This document shows, one piece after another, positions 46,180 through 55,603 of a stretch of 62,106 bases of DNA. The DNA lies in assembly GCA_033722675.1 (NCBI GenBank), contig JAWVYO010000002.1:1-62106 (forward strand). Reading direction: 5' to 3'. This DNA is from Acidimicrobiia bacterium (GTDB lineage Bacteria > Actinomycetota > Acidimicrobiia > Spongiisociales > UBA11373). Within the stretch, counting starts at the first letter, position 1. Every line of letters begins with the position of its first letter. The notes under the pieces are model-generated. The model was not told the origin of the DNA, made no database searches, and saw only the letters and a list, made by a program, of their open reading frames with translations. Made by a program: the position numbers and the translations under genes.

Positions 46180-46425
46180 ATGACCACCTCGCAGCTGGCT
46201 CCGGATTGGAAGACGACCGCGGGGCGCCGGATCGCGCTCCGCCTCTCGGCGACCCTCGTCGCGCTGAGCGCTTACGCGGCCCTGATCGCCGTGGTCCTCG
46301 ACGCGACCGGGGCGTGGTGGGCCGTCGCCGGCCTGGCGCTGGCGGCCATGGTGCTCGCCGCGTTCGCACCCGAGCCAGTGCCCTCGGACCTCATCACCGG
46401 CGAAGGGCCCCGTCGGACGCGCTGA
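46180..46425 (+). CDS. Small membrane protein (2 TM), hypothetical
   Basis: Two hydrophobic helices. Weak support beyond ORF shape and codon bias. Confidence 0.45.
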   Translation: MTTSQLAPDWKTTAGRRIALRLSATLVALSAYAALIAVVLDATGAWWAVAGLALAAMVLAAFAPEPVPSDLITGEGPRRTR

Positions 46426-46428
46426 CGT

Positions 46429-47379
46429 TCAGTCGCGGGCCTCCAGGGCTTCGAGCAGCGGCGGTAGCACCTTGTGGACGTCGCCGACGATCCCGAGGTC
46501 GGCCACGCCGAAGATCGGCGCGTCCTCGTCCTTGTTGACGGCGATGATCGTGCCCGAGTCCTTCATCCCGACGAGGTGCTGCATCGCTCCGGAGATCCCT
46601 GCGGCGATGTAGACGTCGGGCTTCACGGTCTTGCCCGTCTGGCCCACCTGGAGCGAATAGGGCACCCAGCCGGAGTCGACGACCGCCCGGGTGGCTCCGA
46701 CGGCCCCGCCGAGGGTCGATGCCAGGTCCTCGAGCAGCTCGAAGTTCTCGGCCGCGCCCATGCCGCGGCCGCCCGCCACGATGATCGAGGCGTCCTCCAG
46801 CTTGGGACCGGAGGCGGACTCCTCGTGGCGTCCGGTGATCGTGGCGCCGCCGTCACCGGGGAGGGACACCTCCACGACGTCGGGGGTGCCGCCGTCGCCG
46901 GACTCGGCAGCGAAGGACTTCGGCCGCACGACCACGAGCCTCGTGGCCGCGTCGGTGAACGTGGACTCGACGAGCGTCATCCCGCCGTTGATCTCGTTGA
47001 CGACCCGTACCCCGTCGTCGTCGACCTCGATGTCGACGGCGTTGGAGAGCACGGGAACGCCGAGTCGGGCGGCGAGTCGCCCGACCACGTCGCGGTCGGT
47101 GTAGGCGAGGCCGAACAGCACCAGTCCGGGACCGTGCTCCTCGACGAGGTCGGCGAGGGCCGCGGCCACCGGGGCGCCGGGCAGTGCGTCGCCCGGATCG
47201 ATGTGGAACACCGTCGACGCCCCGTGGGCGCCCAGCGTCGCAACGACGTCCTCGGAGGCGGTCCCCACCAGGATCGCAGCCACGTCGCCGTCGAAGGACC
47301 GGGCCTTCGTGAGCATCTCGAGCGACAGTGAGGACGGCGTGCCGTTGGTCTCTTCGGAGAACACCCAGGTCGTCGGCAT
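46429..47379 (-). CDS. etfA: Electron transfer flavoprotein subunit alpha
   Basis: C-terminal FAD-binding motif YIAAGISGAMQHLVGM...IIAVNKDEDAPIF. Confidence 0.9.
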   Translation of the reverse strand: MPTTWVFSEETNGTPSSLSLEMLTKARSFDGDVAAILVGTASEDVVATLGAHGASTVFHIDPGDALPGAPVAAALADLVEEHGPGLVLFGLAYTDRDVVGRLAARLGVPVLSNAVDIEVDDDGVRVVNEINGGMTLVESTFTDAATRLVVVRPKSFAAESGDGGTPDVVEVSLPGDGGATITGRHEESASGPKLEDASIIVAGGRGMGAAENFELLEDLASTLGGAVGATRAVVDSGWVPYSLQVGQTGKTVKPDVYIAAGISGAMQHLVGMKDSGTIIAVNKDEDAPIFGVADLGIVGDVHKVLPPLLEALEARD

Positions 47380-48159
47380 CTAGATCACCTTCTTGGTCTC
47401 GAGGAGCTTCACGATCTCGAGGTGGGCCTCGCCCTCGTCGACGATCTTCTCGCCGGCCTCACGTTCGGGAGCGGGACGCACGTCGGTGATGCGCTGGCCC
47501 GACCCTTCGATACCGACGTCGCCGGCCTCGAAGCCGAGGTCGGCCGCAGACGGCTGATCGATCGGTTTGCTCTTGGCCTGCATGATCCCCTTGAACGTCG
47601 GGTAGCGGGGCTCGACGACGCCGGCGGTGACCGACACGAGGGCAGGCAGACCGGACTCGACGACGGCGTATCCGCCGGTGGTCTGACGTTCGATCGTGAC
47701 GGTGCCGTCTGCGACCTCGACCTTTCGGGCGAAGGTGAGCGACGGCATGTCGAGCAGCTCGGCGAGCATCTGTGGGACGACGCCGGTGTAGCCGTCGGTC
47801 GACTCGGTGCCGGCGATGACGAGGTCGACGTCGCCCTCGGCGGCGATCGCTGCGGCGAGGACACGCGCCGTGACGAGGGCGCCGGAGCCGGCGAGGGCCT
47901 CGTCGTCGACGACGACCGCCTTGTCCGCGCCCATGGCGAGGGCCTGGCGGATGCCCTGGAGCGACCCGGCGGGGCTCATCGAGACGAGGACCACGGAGCC
48001 GTCGGTGGCCTCGGCGAGCTGGAGCCCCAGCTCGACGCCGTAGCGGTCGGTGTCGTCGAGGACCTGGTCGGCGGGCCGCTGGACGAAGTGGGTGTCCGGA
48101 TCGAGCTCGTAGGGGGCGGCCGGATCCGGAATCTGCTTGACGCAGACCGCGATCTTCAT
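47380..48159 (-). CDS. etfB: Electron transfer flavoprotein subunit beta
   Basis: MKIAVCVKQIPD...; located directly upstream of etfA. Confidence 0.9.
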   Translation of the reverse strand: MKIAVCVKQIPDPAAPYELDPDTHFVQRPADQVLDDTDRYGVELGLQLAEATDGSVVLVSMSPAGSLQGIRQALAMGADKAVVVDDEALAGSGALVTARVLAAAIAAEGDVDLVIAGTESTDGYTGVVPQMLAELLDMPSLTFARKVEVADGTVTIERQTTGGYAVVESGLPALVSVTAGVVEPRYPTFKGIMQAKSKPIDQPSAADLGFEAGDVGIEGSGQRITDVRPAPEREAGEKIVDEGEAHLEIVKLLETKKVI

Positions 48160-48223
48160 GTCCCTCCTCGGGGATGGGGGGCAGTCATGGTAGGCAGCCC
48201 GCCGGGCGTGGCCGCCGCCCGCC

Positions 48224-49060
48224 TCAGGCGCCGCCGGCCGCCACGAGACGGGGCAGGAGGGCGTCGACGAGGGCGGTGAATCGGTCGCGGGCCGCCGCGG
48301 CGGTCTCGGTCACCTCGTCGTGGCTGAGGGGGACCGGCGAGATCCCCGCCGCGAGGTTCGTGACGAGGGAGATCCCGACGACCGAGGCCCCCATGTGCCG
48401 AGCGGCGATCGCCTCGGGGACGGTCGACATCCCGACGAGGTCCGCTCCGAGCCGGCGTGCCATCTCGACCTCGGCCGGGGTCTCGTAGGAGGGGCCGAGG
48501 AACCAGGCGTAGACGCCCTCGCCGAGGCCCACGCCGGTGTCGGCGGCGACCTCCCGGGCCACGTGACGGAGCCGTTCGGTGTAGACGTCGGTCATGTCGG
48601 GGAACCGTGGTCCGAATCGCTCGTCGTTGGGCCCGGTGAGCGGGTTCCGGCCGGTCAGGTTGAGGTGGTCGCGGATGAGCACGAGGTCGCCCGGGGCGAG
48701 GCCGTCGCCGCACCCGCCGGCGGCGTTGGTGAGGACGACGGTGTGACATCCCGCCGCGATGGCGGTCCGGACCCCGAAGACGACGTCGTCCATGGCCCAG
48801 CCCTCGTAGGTGTGGACTCGGCCGGCGAAGGCGAGCAGTCGCCCCACCCCGAGGTCGGCGGAGACCAGGGTCCCGGCGTGGCCCTCCACCCGGGGCACCG
48901 GGAAGCCCGGGATCTCGTCGTAGGGCACCTCCACGGCGTCGGGGAGCGTCGCGGCGTGGCCCGACAGGCCGGAGCCGAGCACGATGGCCACGTCGTGGCG
49001 GTCGCGGCCGCTGGCGGACCGCACGTGGTCGGCGGCGGCCGCGACGGCGTCGTGATTCAC
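48224..49060 (-). CDS. punA: Purine nucleoside phosphorylase (PNP family, PunA type)
   Basis: VAIVLGSGLS...GRVHTYEG...TNAAGG...VGMSTVPE. Confidence 0.85.
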   Translation of the reverse strand: MNHDAVAAAADHVRSASGRDRHDVAIVLGSGLSGHAATLPDAVEVPYDEIPGFPVPRVEGHAGTLVSADLGVGRLLAFAGRVHTYEGWAMDDVVFGVRTAIAAGCHTVVLTNAAGGCGDGLAPGDLVLIRDHLNLTGRNPLTGPNDERFGPRFPDMTDVYTERLRHVAREVAADTGVGLGEGVYAWFLGPSYETPAEVEMARRLGADLVGMSTVPEAIAARHMGASVVGISLVTNLAAGISPVPLSHDEVTETAAAARDRFTALVDALLPRLVAAGGA

Positions 49061-50367
49061 GAGATCTCCTCGATGACGACCGGCGGGACGTCGGGGGCCT
49101 CGTCGTCGACGGCGAAGGCGGCGTCGAGACGGTCGAGGCAGGCGGCGAGCCGGTCCTCGTCCGACCAGCGGACCACGGCGAGGGCGTCGCCCGCTTCGAC
49201 CTCGTCCCCGAGCTTCGCCTCGACACGGATCCCGACGCCCGGGTCGATGTGGTCGTCCGTCTGCTCCCGCCCGGCTCCGAGTCGGAGCGCGGCCACGCCG
49301 ACGTCGAGGGCGTCGCAGCGGGTGACGTGTCCGGCCCGTGACGCCTCGACGACGTGGGTGTTCGGAGCCGATGCGAACCGATCGGGTTCATGGATCACGG
49401 CGGGGTCGCCGCCCTGGGCCTCGGCGACCTCCGCGAGCTTGTCGAGGGCGGCGCCGGAGTCCACCGCCTCCTCGAGACGTCGACGCGCCTCGACGCGGTC
49501 GTCGGCCACGCGCGCCAGGAGCAGCATCTCCTCACCGAGGCGGAACGTGACCTCGACGAGGTCGGCGGGGCCCTCCCCGCGCAGGACCTCCACGGACTCG
49601 ACCATCTCGCAGGCGTTGCCGACCTCGTGCCCGAGGGGCTGGTCCATGCGGGTGAGGACGGCGCGGACCTCGGTGTCGTGGGCCGAGCCGATGTCCACCA
49701 TCGTGCGCGCGAGCTCCCGGGCCCGCTCCAGCGACTTCATGAAGGCCCCGGTGCCGACCTTGACGTCGAGCACGAGCCCGTCGAGGCCTTCGGCGAGCTT
49801 CTTCGACATGATCGACGAGGCGATGAGGGGGATGGACGGCACGGTGCCGGTGGCGTCGCGGAGCCCGTAGATCTTCCGGTCGGCGGGCACGAGCGTCTCG
49901 GACTGGCCGGCGAGGACGAGCCCGGTCCGCTCCATGACGCGCCGGAACTCGGCGGGGTCCAGCTCGGCCCGGAAGCCGGGGATCGTCTCCAGCTTGTCCA
50001 GCGTGCCCCCGGTGTGGCCGAGGCCGCGGCCGCTCATCATCGGGATCGCCACCCCGCAGGCGGCGACCATCGGCGCCAGGGCGATGGAGACCTTGTCGCC
50101 CACCCCTCCGGTGGAGTGCTTGTCCACCTTCGGCGCCGCGACGTGGGAGAAGTCGAGCACGTCGCCCGAACGCAGCATCGCGTCGGTCCACGCGGGGAGT
50201 TCGTCGCCGTCGAGACCGCGGAACACGATCGCCATGAGCAGGGACGACATCTGATAGTCGGGGATGTCGCCCGAGGTGTACCCGGCGACGATCCAGCGGA
50301 GCTCCTCGGGCCGGAGGGCCTGGCCGTCGCGCTTGCGTTCGAGCAGGTCCTTCATGCTGAACGTCAT
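49057..50367 (-). CDS. deoA: Thymidine/pyrimidine-nucleoside phosphorylase
   Basis: KRDGQALRPEELRWIVAGYTSGDIPDYQMSSLLMAI...DKHSTGGVGDK...SGRGLGHTGGTLDKLE. Confidence 0.9.
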   Translation of the reverse strand: MTFSMKDLLERKRDGQALRPEELRWIVAGYTSGDIPDYQMSSLLMAIVFRGLDGDELPAWTDAMLRSGDVLDFSHVAAPKVDKHSTGGVGDKVSIALAPMVAACGVAIPMMSGRGLGHTGGTLDKLETIPGFRAELDPAEFRRVMERTGLVLAGQSETLVPADRKIYGLRDATGTVPSIPLIASSIMSKKLAEGLDGLVLDVKVGTGAFMKSLERARELARTMVDIGSAHDTEVRAVLTRMDQPLGHEVGNACEMVESVEVLRGEGPADLVEVTFRLGEEMLLLARVADDRVEARRRLEEAVDSGAALDKLAEVAEAQGGDPAVIHEPDRFASAPNTHVVEASRAGHVTRCDALDVGVAALRLGAGREQTDDHIDPGVGIRVEAKLGDEVEAGDALAVVRWSDEDRLAACLDRLDAAFAVDDEAPDVPPVVIEEIS

Positions 50368-50636
50368 CGGGCCGCCACCCGCCCGCCGGCGGTCAGGGCG
50401 ACGCCCTCGGATCGCAGCCGCCTGGCGTGCTCCTGTTCCTTGCCGGGGACCAACCGGCCCGACGAGGCGACCACCCGCCACCAGGGGAGGCCGCTCGACC
50501 TGCGGAGCACCGCGCCCACGGCGCGCGCCGCGCCCGGTCGTCCCGCCTGGTCGGCGATCTCCCCGTAGGTCGCGACCTCGCCGACGTCGAGTCCGGCGAC
50601 GATCGCGGTGACCCGGCCGGTGAAGTCGTCGCTCAC
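50364..50636 (-). CDS. Alkyltransferase-like (ATL) protein: MGMT DNA-binding domain lacking the acceptor cysteine
   Basis: VATYGEIADQAGRPGAARAVGAVL...GLPWWRVV; the PCHR active-site motif reads PWWR. 4-nt overlaps with both upp and deoA. Confidence 0.75.
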   Translation of the reverse strand: MSDDFTGRVTAIVAGLDVGEVATYGEIADQAGRPGAARAVGAVLRRSSGLPWWRVVASSGRLVPGKEQEHARRLRSEGVALTAGGRVAAR

Positions 50637-51250
50637 AGTGTCCCGAACAGGCGGTCGCCCATGTCGCCGAGGCCGGGCTGGATGTAGAACTGCTCGTTGA
50701 GATCGCGGTCGAGCGCGCCGGCGACGATGCGGACGTCGGGATGCTCGGCGTACATGCGCTTGACACCCTCGGGTGCGGCCACGACGCAGAGACACGTGAT
50801 GTCGGTGGCGCCCGAGTCCTTCGCCTTCTGGACCGCCCACGACAGGGAGCCGCCGGTGGCGAGCATCGGTTCGAGGATGAGCACGTGGGTGTCGTCGAGC
50901 GTCGGCGGCTTGAAGTAGTACTCCATCGGCTCCGCGGTCTCCTCGTTGCGCTGGACGCCGGCGAATCCCACCCGGACGTGGGGGAGGAGGTCGGTCACGG
51001 CGTCGAGGAGCCCGAGACCGGCCCGGAGGACTGCGATGGCCACGATCTGGGGCATCTCGTACCCGGTGGTCTCCTCGAGGGGCGTGTGGATCCGACTCTT
51101 GACGGGCTTGACCCCCTTCGTCGCCTCCATCAGCAGGTTGTACGTGAGCCGGCGTGCCGCCGACCGGAACTCCTCGGGCTCGGTGGAGCGGTCCCGCAGG
51201 ACGGTGAGGTAGTGGCGGGCGAGGGGATGGTCGATGACGGTGAGGTTCAT
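50633..51250 (-). CDS. upp: Uracil phosphoribosyltransferase
   Basis: MNLTVIDHPL...VAIAVLRAGLG...ILEPMLATGGS...YIQPGLGDMGDRLFGT. Confidence 0.95.
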   Translation of the reverse strand: MNLTVIDHPLARHYLTVLRDRSTEPEEFRSAARRLTYNLLMEATKGVKPVKSRIHTPLEETTGYEMPQIVAIAVLRAGLGLLDAVTDLLPHVRVGFAGVQRNEETAEPMEYYFKPPTLDDTHVLILEPMLATGGSLSWAVQKAKDSGATDITCLCVVAAPEGVKRMYAEHPDVRIVAGALDRDLNEQFYIQPGLGDMGDRLFGTL

Positions 51251-51324
51251 GCGTTCGAGGCTAGTGGTCGTGGCTCTCCGGACGGGCCGTCACCGCCGGT
51301 GGGCCCCGGTACCCTGACCGTTCC

Positions 51325-52662
51325 ATGTTCGACACCCTCACGAGCCGCCTCGGCGGCGTCTTCGACCGGCTGCGCGGCAAGGGACGTCTGACCGAGGCCG
51401 ATGTCGACGCAGCCCTCCGCGAGGTGCGTCTGGCCCTGCTCGAAGCCGACGTGAACCTCGGGGTGGCGCGTTCGCTGCTCGGACGAGTGAAGGAGCGAGC
51501 CGTCGGCACCGAGGTCACCAAGAGCCTCACGCCCGGCCAGCAGGTCGTGAAGATCGTGCACGAGGAGCTCGTGACGACGCTGGGGACCGAAGCGAAGCCC
51601 TTGATCCCCGCCTCGTCACCGCCGCAGACGATCCTCATGGTGGGGCTGCAGGGTTCTGGGAAGACGACCACCGCCGCCAAGCTGGCGAAGCGGCTCAAGG
51701 CGTCGGGCAAGCGGCCGCTCCTCGTCGCCGCCGACCTGCAGCGCCCCGCCGCCATCGACCAGCTGGAGACCCTCGGAGGGCGCATCGGCGTGCCGGTCCA
51801 CGTCGACCGCACGACGAAGGCGCCGAAGCTGGTGAAGGAGGCGATGAAGCGGTCCCGCGGCGACGGGTTCGACGTCGTCGTGATCGACACGGCAGGCCGT
51901 CTCCAGATCGATCGGGATCTCATGGCCGAGTTGTCGGCGGTCCGCAAGCAGGCGGACCCCGACGAGGTGCTGCTCGTGGTGGACGCCATGACGGGACAGG
52001 ACGCCGTCAACGTGGCGACCGGCTTCCTGGAACAGACGGAGATCACCGGGCTCGTCTTCTCGAAACTCGACGGCGACGCACGGGGCGGGGCGGCGATCTC
52101 GGCCCGAGAGGTGACGGGCCGGCCGATCAAGTTCATCGGCGTGGGGGAGGGACTCGACGATCTCGAGGTCTTCCATCCCGACCGGCTCGCTTCGCGGATC
52201 CTGGGCATGGGCGACGTGATGACGCTCATCGAGCGGGCGGAGGCCACCTGGGACGAGGAGCAGGCCGAGGCCGCCGCCGAGAAGATGATGCAGGCCCGGT
52301 TCACCCTCGAGGACTTCCTCGACCAGTTCCAGCAATTGCGCCAGATGGGGCCTCTCGACCAATTGCTTGGTATGCTCCCGGGCGCCGCATCGGCGCTCAA
52401 GAACGCCGAGGTGTCCGACGAGGACCTCTCCCGGGTCGAGGCGATCATCCGCTCGATGACTCCCGAAGAGCGGCGCAACCCCAAGGTCATCGACGGAAGC
52501 CGGAAGCGGCGTATCGCGCGGGGGTCGGGAACGACGCCCCAGGACGTGAACGGCCTGCTGCGGCAGTACGCCGAGGCTCAGAAGATGATGAAGGCCTTCG
52601 CCGGCGGCCGCAGCCCGATCCCGGGGCTGACGGCTCCCGGACGACGGCGCAGACGAAGGTGA
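51325..52662 (+). CDS. ffh: Signal recognition particle protein Ffh
   Basis: [18 protein letters not shown]..., [25 protein letters not shown], and a Met-rich M domain. Confidence 0.95.
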   Translation: MFDTLTSRLGGVFDRLRGKGRLTEADVDAALREVRLALLEADVNLGVARSLLGRVKERAVGTEVTKSLTPGQQVVKIVHEELVTTLGTEAKPLIPASSPPQTILMVGLQGSGKTTTAAKLAKRLKASGKRPLLVAADLQRPAAIDQLETLGGRIGVPVHVDRTTKAPKLVKEAMKRSRGDGFDVVVIDTAGRLQIDRDLMAELSAVRKQADPDEVLLVVDAMTGQDAVNVATGFLEQTEITGLVFSKLDGDARGGAAISAREVTGRPIKFIGVGEGLDDLEVFHPDRLASRILGMGDVMTLIERAEATWDEEQAEAAAEKMMQARFTLEDFLDQFQQLRQMGPLDQLLGMLPGAASALKNAEVSDEDLSRVEAIIRSMTPEERRNPKVIDGSRKRRIARGSGTTPQDVNGLLRQYAEAQKMMKAFAGGRSPIPGLTAPGRRRRRR

Positions 52663-52687
52663 CGGACGACATGATCGAGGTGACGCC

Positions 52688-53182
52688 ATGGCGGTGAGGA
52701 TCCGCCTGACGCGCAAGGGCAAGAAGAAGCAGCCGACCTACCGGGTCGTGGTGGCCGACCAGCGCTCGCCCCGCGACGGTCGCTACATCGAGCAGATCGG
52801 GTTCTACGACCCGCGCCAGGACCCGTCGGTGGTCGACATCGACACCGAACGGGCCGACTACTGGCTCTCGAACGGTGCCCAGCCGAGCGCCGCGGTGCGC
52901 AAGCTCTTGACCATCGCCGGTGCGGTGGAGGAGCAGGCCAAGCCGGCGCCGAAGAACGTCCACGTCGTGGGCGAGGAGGCGCAGCTCGAAGCCGCCGCCG
53001 AAGAGGAGGCCCGGGCGGACGAAGCGGAGTACTCCGACGAGAGCTCCTCTTCGGAGACGTCCCAGGAGGAAGCCGAGACCGAGGCCGCCGAGACACAGGC
53101 CGAGGCCGAGACCGAGACCGAGGCCGGCGACGGCACGGCCACCGACAGCACATCCACCGACGAAGAGGGTGAAGAGGAATGA
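52688..53182 (+). CDS. rpsP: 30S ribosomal protein S16 with long acidic C-terminal extension
   Basis: [42 protein letters not shown] core, followed by a Glu/Ala/Thr-rich tail of about 85 aa. Confidence 0.9.
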   Translation: MAVRIRLTRKGKKKQPTYRVVVADQRSPRDGRYIEQIGFYDPRQDPSVVDIDTERADYWLSNGAQPSAAVRKLLTIAGAVEEQAKPAPKNVHVVGEEAQLEAAAEEEARADEAEYSDESSSSETSQEEAETEAAETQAEAETETEAGDGTATDSTSTDEEGEEE

Positions 53183-53427
53183 AGGGCGAGATCGTCGAAC
53201 GGGTCGTCGACTACCTGTCGAAGGAGATCGCATCCGAGCCGGAGTCCGTCGAGGTGACGATCGTCGAGGAGGGCCCCGACGAGGTCCTCGCCGAGGTCCG
53301 CGCCGCCAAGAAGGACATGGGCCGGCTCATCGGACGCCGGGGCCGCGTGGCCCGGGCCGTCCGGTCGGTCGCCCAGGCCGCCGCCGAGGAGGAGGGCCTC
53401 GACGCCAACGTCGAATTCGTCGACTGA
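53179..53427 (+). CDS. KH-domain RNA-binding protein (YlqC/UPF0109)
   Basis: [23 protein letters not shown]-type KH motif. Conserved position between rpsP and rimM. Confidence 0.85.
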   Translation: MKGEIVERVVDYLSKEIASEPESVEVTIVEEGPDEVLAEVRAAKKDMGRLIGRRGRVARAVRSVAQAAAEEEGLDANVEFVD

Positions 53428-53479
53428 CGGCCGGATCTCCGTCGGCCGCATCGGACGCCCCTTCGGCGTCCGCGGCGAG

Positions 53480-53920
53480 GTGACGTTCCTCCCCTCCGAT
53501 GCCGACCTCGACCGGTTCGAGGCGGGAGCGGAGTTCGTGACGGACGGCGGCAGGGCCCTCGTCGTCCGGTCGAGCCGCCGGTACCGCGACCGGGGCCTCG
53601 TCCTCGGATTCCACGGTGTCACCGACCGATCGGCCGCCGAGGAGCTCCGGGGGAGCCTCCTGACCATCGACCCCTCGGAACGCCGTCGGCTCGACCCCGA
53701 CGAGTACTGGCCCGAGGACCTCGTCGGTCTCGCCGTGGAGGACTCGGCGGGTCGGCCCCTCGGCTCGGTCGTCGCCGTCGACCCCGGTGCGGCACAGGAT
53801 CGACTGGTCGTGCGCACCGCCGACGGCGACGACGTCCTCGTCCCCTTCGTGTCCGAGTTCGTGGCCGATCCCGTCGACGGCCGGCTCGTGGTCGACCCAC
53901 CCGCCGGGTTGTTCGGGTAG
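53480..53920 (+). CDS. rimM: Ribosome maturation factor RimM (coordinates are the first canonical start; true start probably upstream)
   Basis: PRC-barrel C-terminus (DVLVPFVSEFV...VDPPAGL). The conserved N-terminal RISVGRIGRPFGVRGEV is encoded in-frame at 53432-53479, upstream of the first ATG/GTG/TTG. Confidence 0.85.
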   Translation: MTFLPSDADLDRFEAGAEFVTDGGRALVVRSSRRYRDRGLVLGFHGVTDRSAAEELRGSLLTIDPSERRRLDPDEYWPEDLVGLAVEDSAGRPLGSVVAVDPGAAQDRLVVRTADGDDVLVPFVSEFVADPVDGRLVVDPPAGLFG

Positions 53921-53947
53921 GCGCGCCGCCCGGCCCACACTCGGGCC

Positions 53948-54376
53948 ATGATCAGACTCGAAGAGACCGTCATCACCCCGAAGCCGCGTGCGGAGGTGTT
54001 CGCCTACGTCGCCGACTTCTCGACCACCGCCGAGTGGGACCCCGGCATCGTCTCCGCGGAGCGCACGTCGGGCGACGGCGGCGTTGGCACCACCTACCGG
54101 CTCGAGGCCACGTTCATGGGCCGCACGGTGCCGGTCACGTACGAGGTGCTGGAGTACGTCGAGGACGAGCGCTTCGTCGTCGAGGGGTCGAACCCGTCGT
54201 TCACGGGACTCGACACGATCACCTTCCACGACCGGGACGGGGCCACCGAGGTGGTCTACGTCGCAGAGTTCGAGATGAAGGGGCTGCTGCGTCTCGTCGA
54301 GCCGCTGTTGCGGGGCACGTTCCGGAAGCTCGGTCGCAAGGCGGTCGACGGGCTCGATCGGGTGCTGAACGGCTGA
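53948..54376 (+). CDS. SRPBCC (polyketide cyclase/dehydrase-like) family protein
   Basis: MIRLEETVITPKPRAEVFAYVADFSTTAEWDPG... is a typical START/SRPBCC N-terminus. Confidence 0.8.
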   Translation: MIRLEETVITPKPRAEVFAYVADFSTTAEWDPGIVSAERTSGDGGVGTTYRLEATFMGRTVPVTYEVLEYVEDERFVVEGSNPSFTGLDTITFHDRDGATEVVYVAEFEMKGLLRLVEPLLRGTFRKLGRKAVDGLDRVLNG

Positions 54377-54380
54377 ACGG

Positions 54381-54620
54381 TCAGTCGTCGTCCTCGAGGG
54401 ACGTCGTGGAGTGCTCGTGTCCCTCGGCGACGATCCGGTGATGGGCCTCGGTGCCGCCGCGGCCCATCCCCATGCCCTGCGAGCCGCCACGGACGTGCGT
54501 GGACTCCCGCAGGGCGCGGGCGAGGGAGTCGCCGCCGTGCCGGGCCGGTCCGGTGCCCTTCGCGTCGCGGAACGACCGCCAGAAGGCCTCGAGTCGCCAC
54601 CAGATTCGCATGCGCGTCAT
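54381..54620 (-). CDS. Small hypothetical protein (79 aa), translationally coupled to the upstream GNAT gene
   Basis: The ATG overlaps the GNAT stop (ATGA). Very high G/C third-position bias. Trp/His-rich with an acidic C-terminus. No family recognised. Confidence 0.5.
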   Translation of the reverse strand: MTRMRIWWRLEAFWRSFRDAKGTGPARHGGDSLARALRESTHVRGGSQGMGMGRGGTEAHHRIVAEGHEHSTTSLEDDD

Positions 54621-55129
54621 CGGAGGGGTGCGGTCTCCCACACGCCGTGGAGGAGCCCGTTGCGTGCTATCGGGTCGGGCCGACGCTCCATGCCCAGCCG
54701 TTCGGCCACGGCGATCGACCGCGTGTTCTGGAGGGCGATGTCGGCGACGACGGCGTCGAGGCCGAGGGTCTCGAAGGCGTGGTCGAGGATCCTGCGAGCG
54801 GCCTCGGTCGCGTAGCCGCCGCCCCAGTGGTTCCGGGCGAGGTGCCATCCGACTTCGATCTCGCCACCCGGCCGGGGGACCGGCTGGAGGACCACGTCGC
54901 CGATCACGTCGCCGGTCGATCGACCTCGGAGCAGCCACCAGCCGGTGCCGTCGGGGGCGAAGGGGCTGCGGCCGAGCAGGTCGGTGACCAGCTGTCTCGT
55001 GTCGTCCAGCGTGGGCCGGTGGCCCCACCAGATCACCTCCGGGTCGCCCCAGACCACGTGCAGCTCGTCGGCGTCCCCGGGTCGCAGGGGAGCCAGGTGG
55101 AGGCGATCGGTGTGGAGGACGGGCTGCAC
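54617..55129 (-). CDS. GNAT family N-acetyltransferase (RimJ/RimL-like)
   Basis: TDRLHLAPLRPGDADEL...IEVGWHLARNHWGGGYATEAARRILDHAF...NTRSIAVAERLGM. GTG at 55127-55129 is taken as the start. Confidence 0.85.
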   Translation of the reverse strand: MQPVLHTDRLHLAPLRPGDADELHVVWGDPEVIWWGHRPTLDDTRQLVTDLLGRSPFAPDGTGWWLLRGRSTGDVIGDVVLQPVPRPGGEIEVGWHLARNHWGGGYATEAARRILDHAFETLGLDAVVADIALQNTRSIAVAERLGMERRPDPIARNGLLHGVWETAPLR

Positions 55130-55162
55130 GGGGTCAGCGTACGGCCGGGTAGCGTCCCGGGC

Positions 55163-55603
55163 ATGGCCTTCCAGCCCGACCCCGATCGGATCGTCTGGCG
55201 GCTCCACCTGGCGGCGTCGCCGGAGCGCGTGTTCGCCGCCATCGACTCCGCCGAGGGGCGGGCGGGGTTCTGGGCCGAGGAGGCCGTCGAGGAGGACGGC
55301 GTCATCACGTTCTCCTTTCCCGGAGGTGAGACCTGGCGCGGTGCCGTCGTGGTCCGGGAGCCCCCGTCGCGCTGGGGCGTCGAGTACTTCGGATCGGTGG
55401 CCGAGTTCCACCTCGAGTCCGACGGGTCCGGTGGGACCGATCTCACGCTCGTGGACACGGGCGTCGCCCCGGACCACCGCACCGAGGTCGCGGCCGGGTG
55501 GCTCAACGTGCTCCTGCCCCTCAAGGCGTGGGTCGACCACGGTGTGGACCTGCGGAACCACGATCCGCGCCGGACGTGGGCCCATGGCTATGTCGACCAG
55601 TGA
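55163..55603 (+). CDS. SRPBCC / Aha1-domain (AHSA1-like) protein
   Basis: IVWRLHLAASPERVFAAI...GFWAE...GGTDLTLVDTGV...GWLNVLLPLKAWVDHG. Confidence 0.8.
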   Translation: MAFQPDPDRIVWRLHLAASPERVFAAIDSAEGRAGFWAEEAVEEDGVITFSFPGGETWRGAVVVREPPSRWGVEYFGSVAEFHLESDGSGGTDLTLVDTGVAPDHRTEVAAGWLNVLLPLKAWVDHGVDLRNHDPRRTWAHGYVDQ

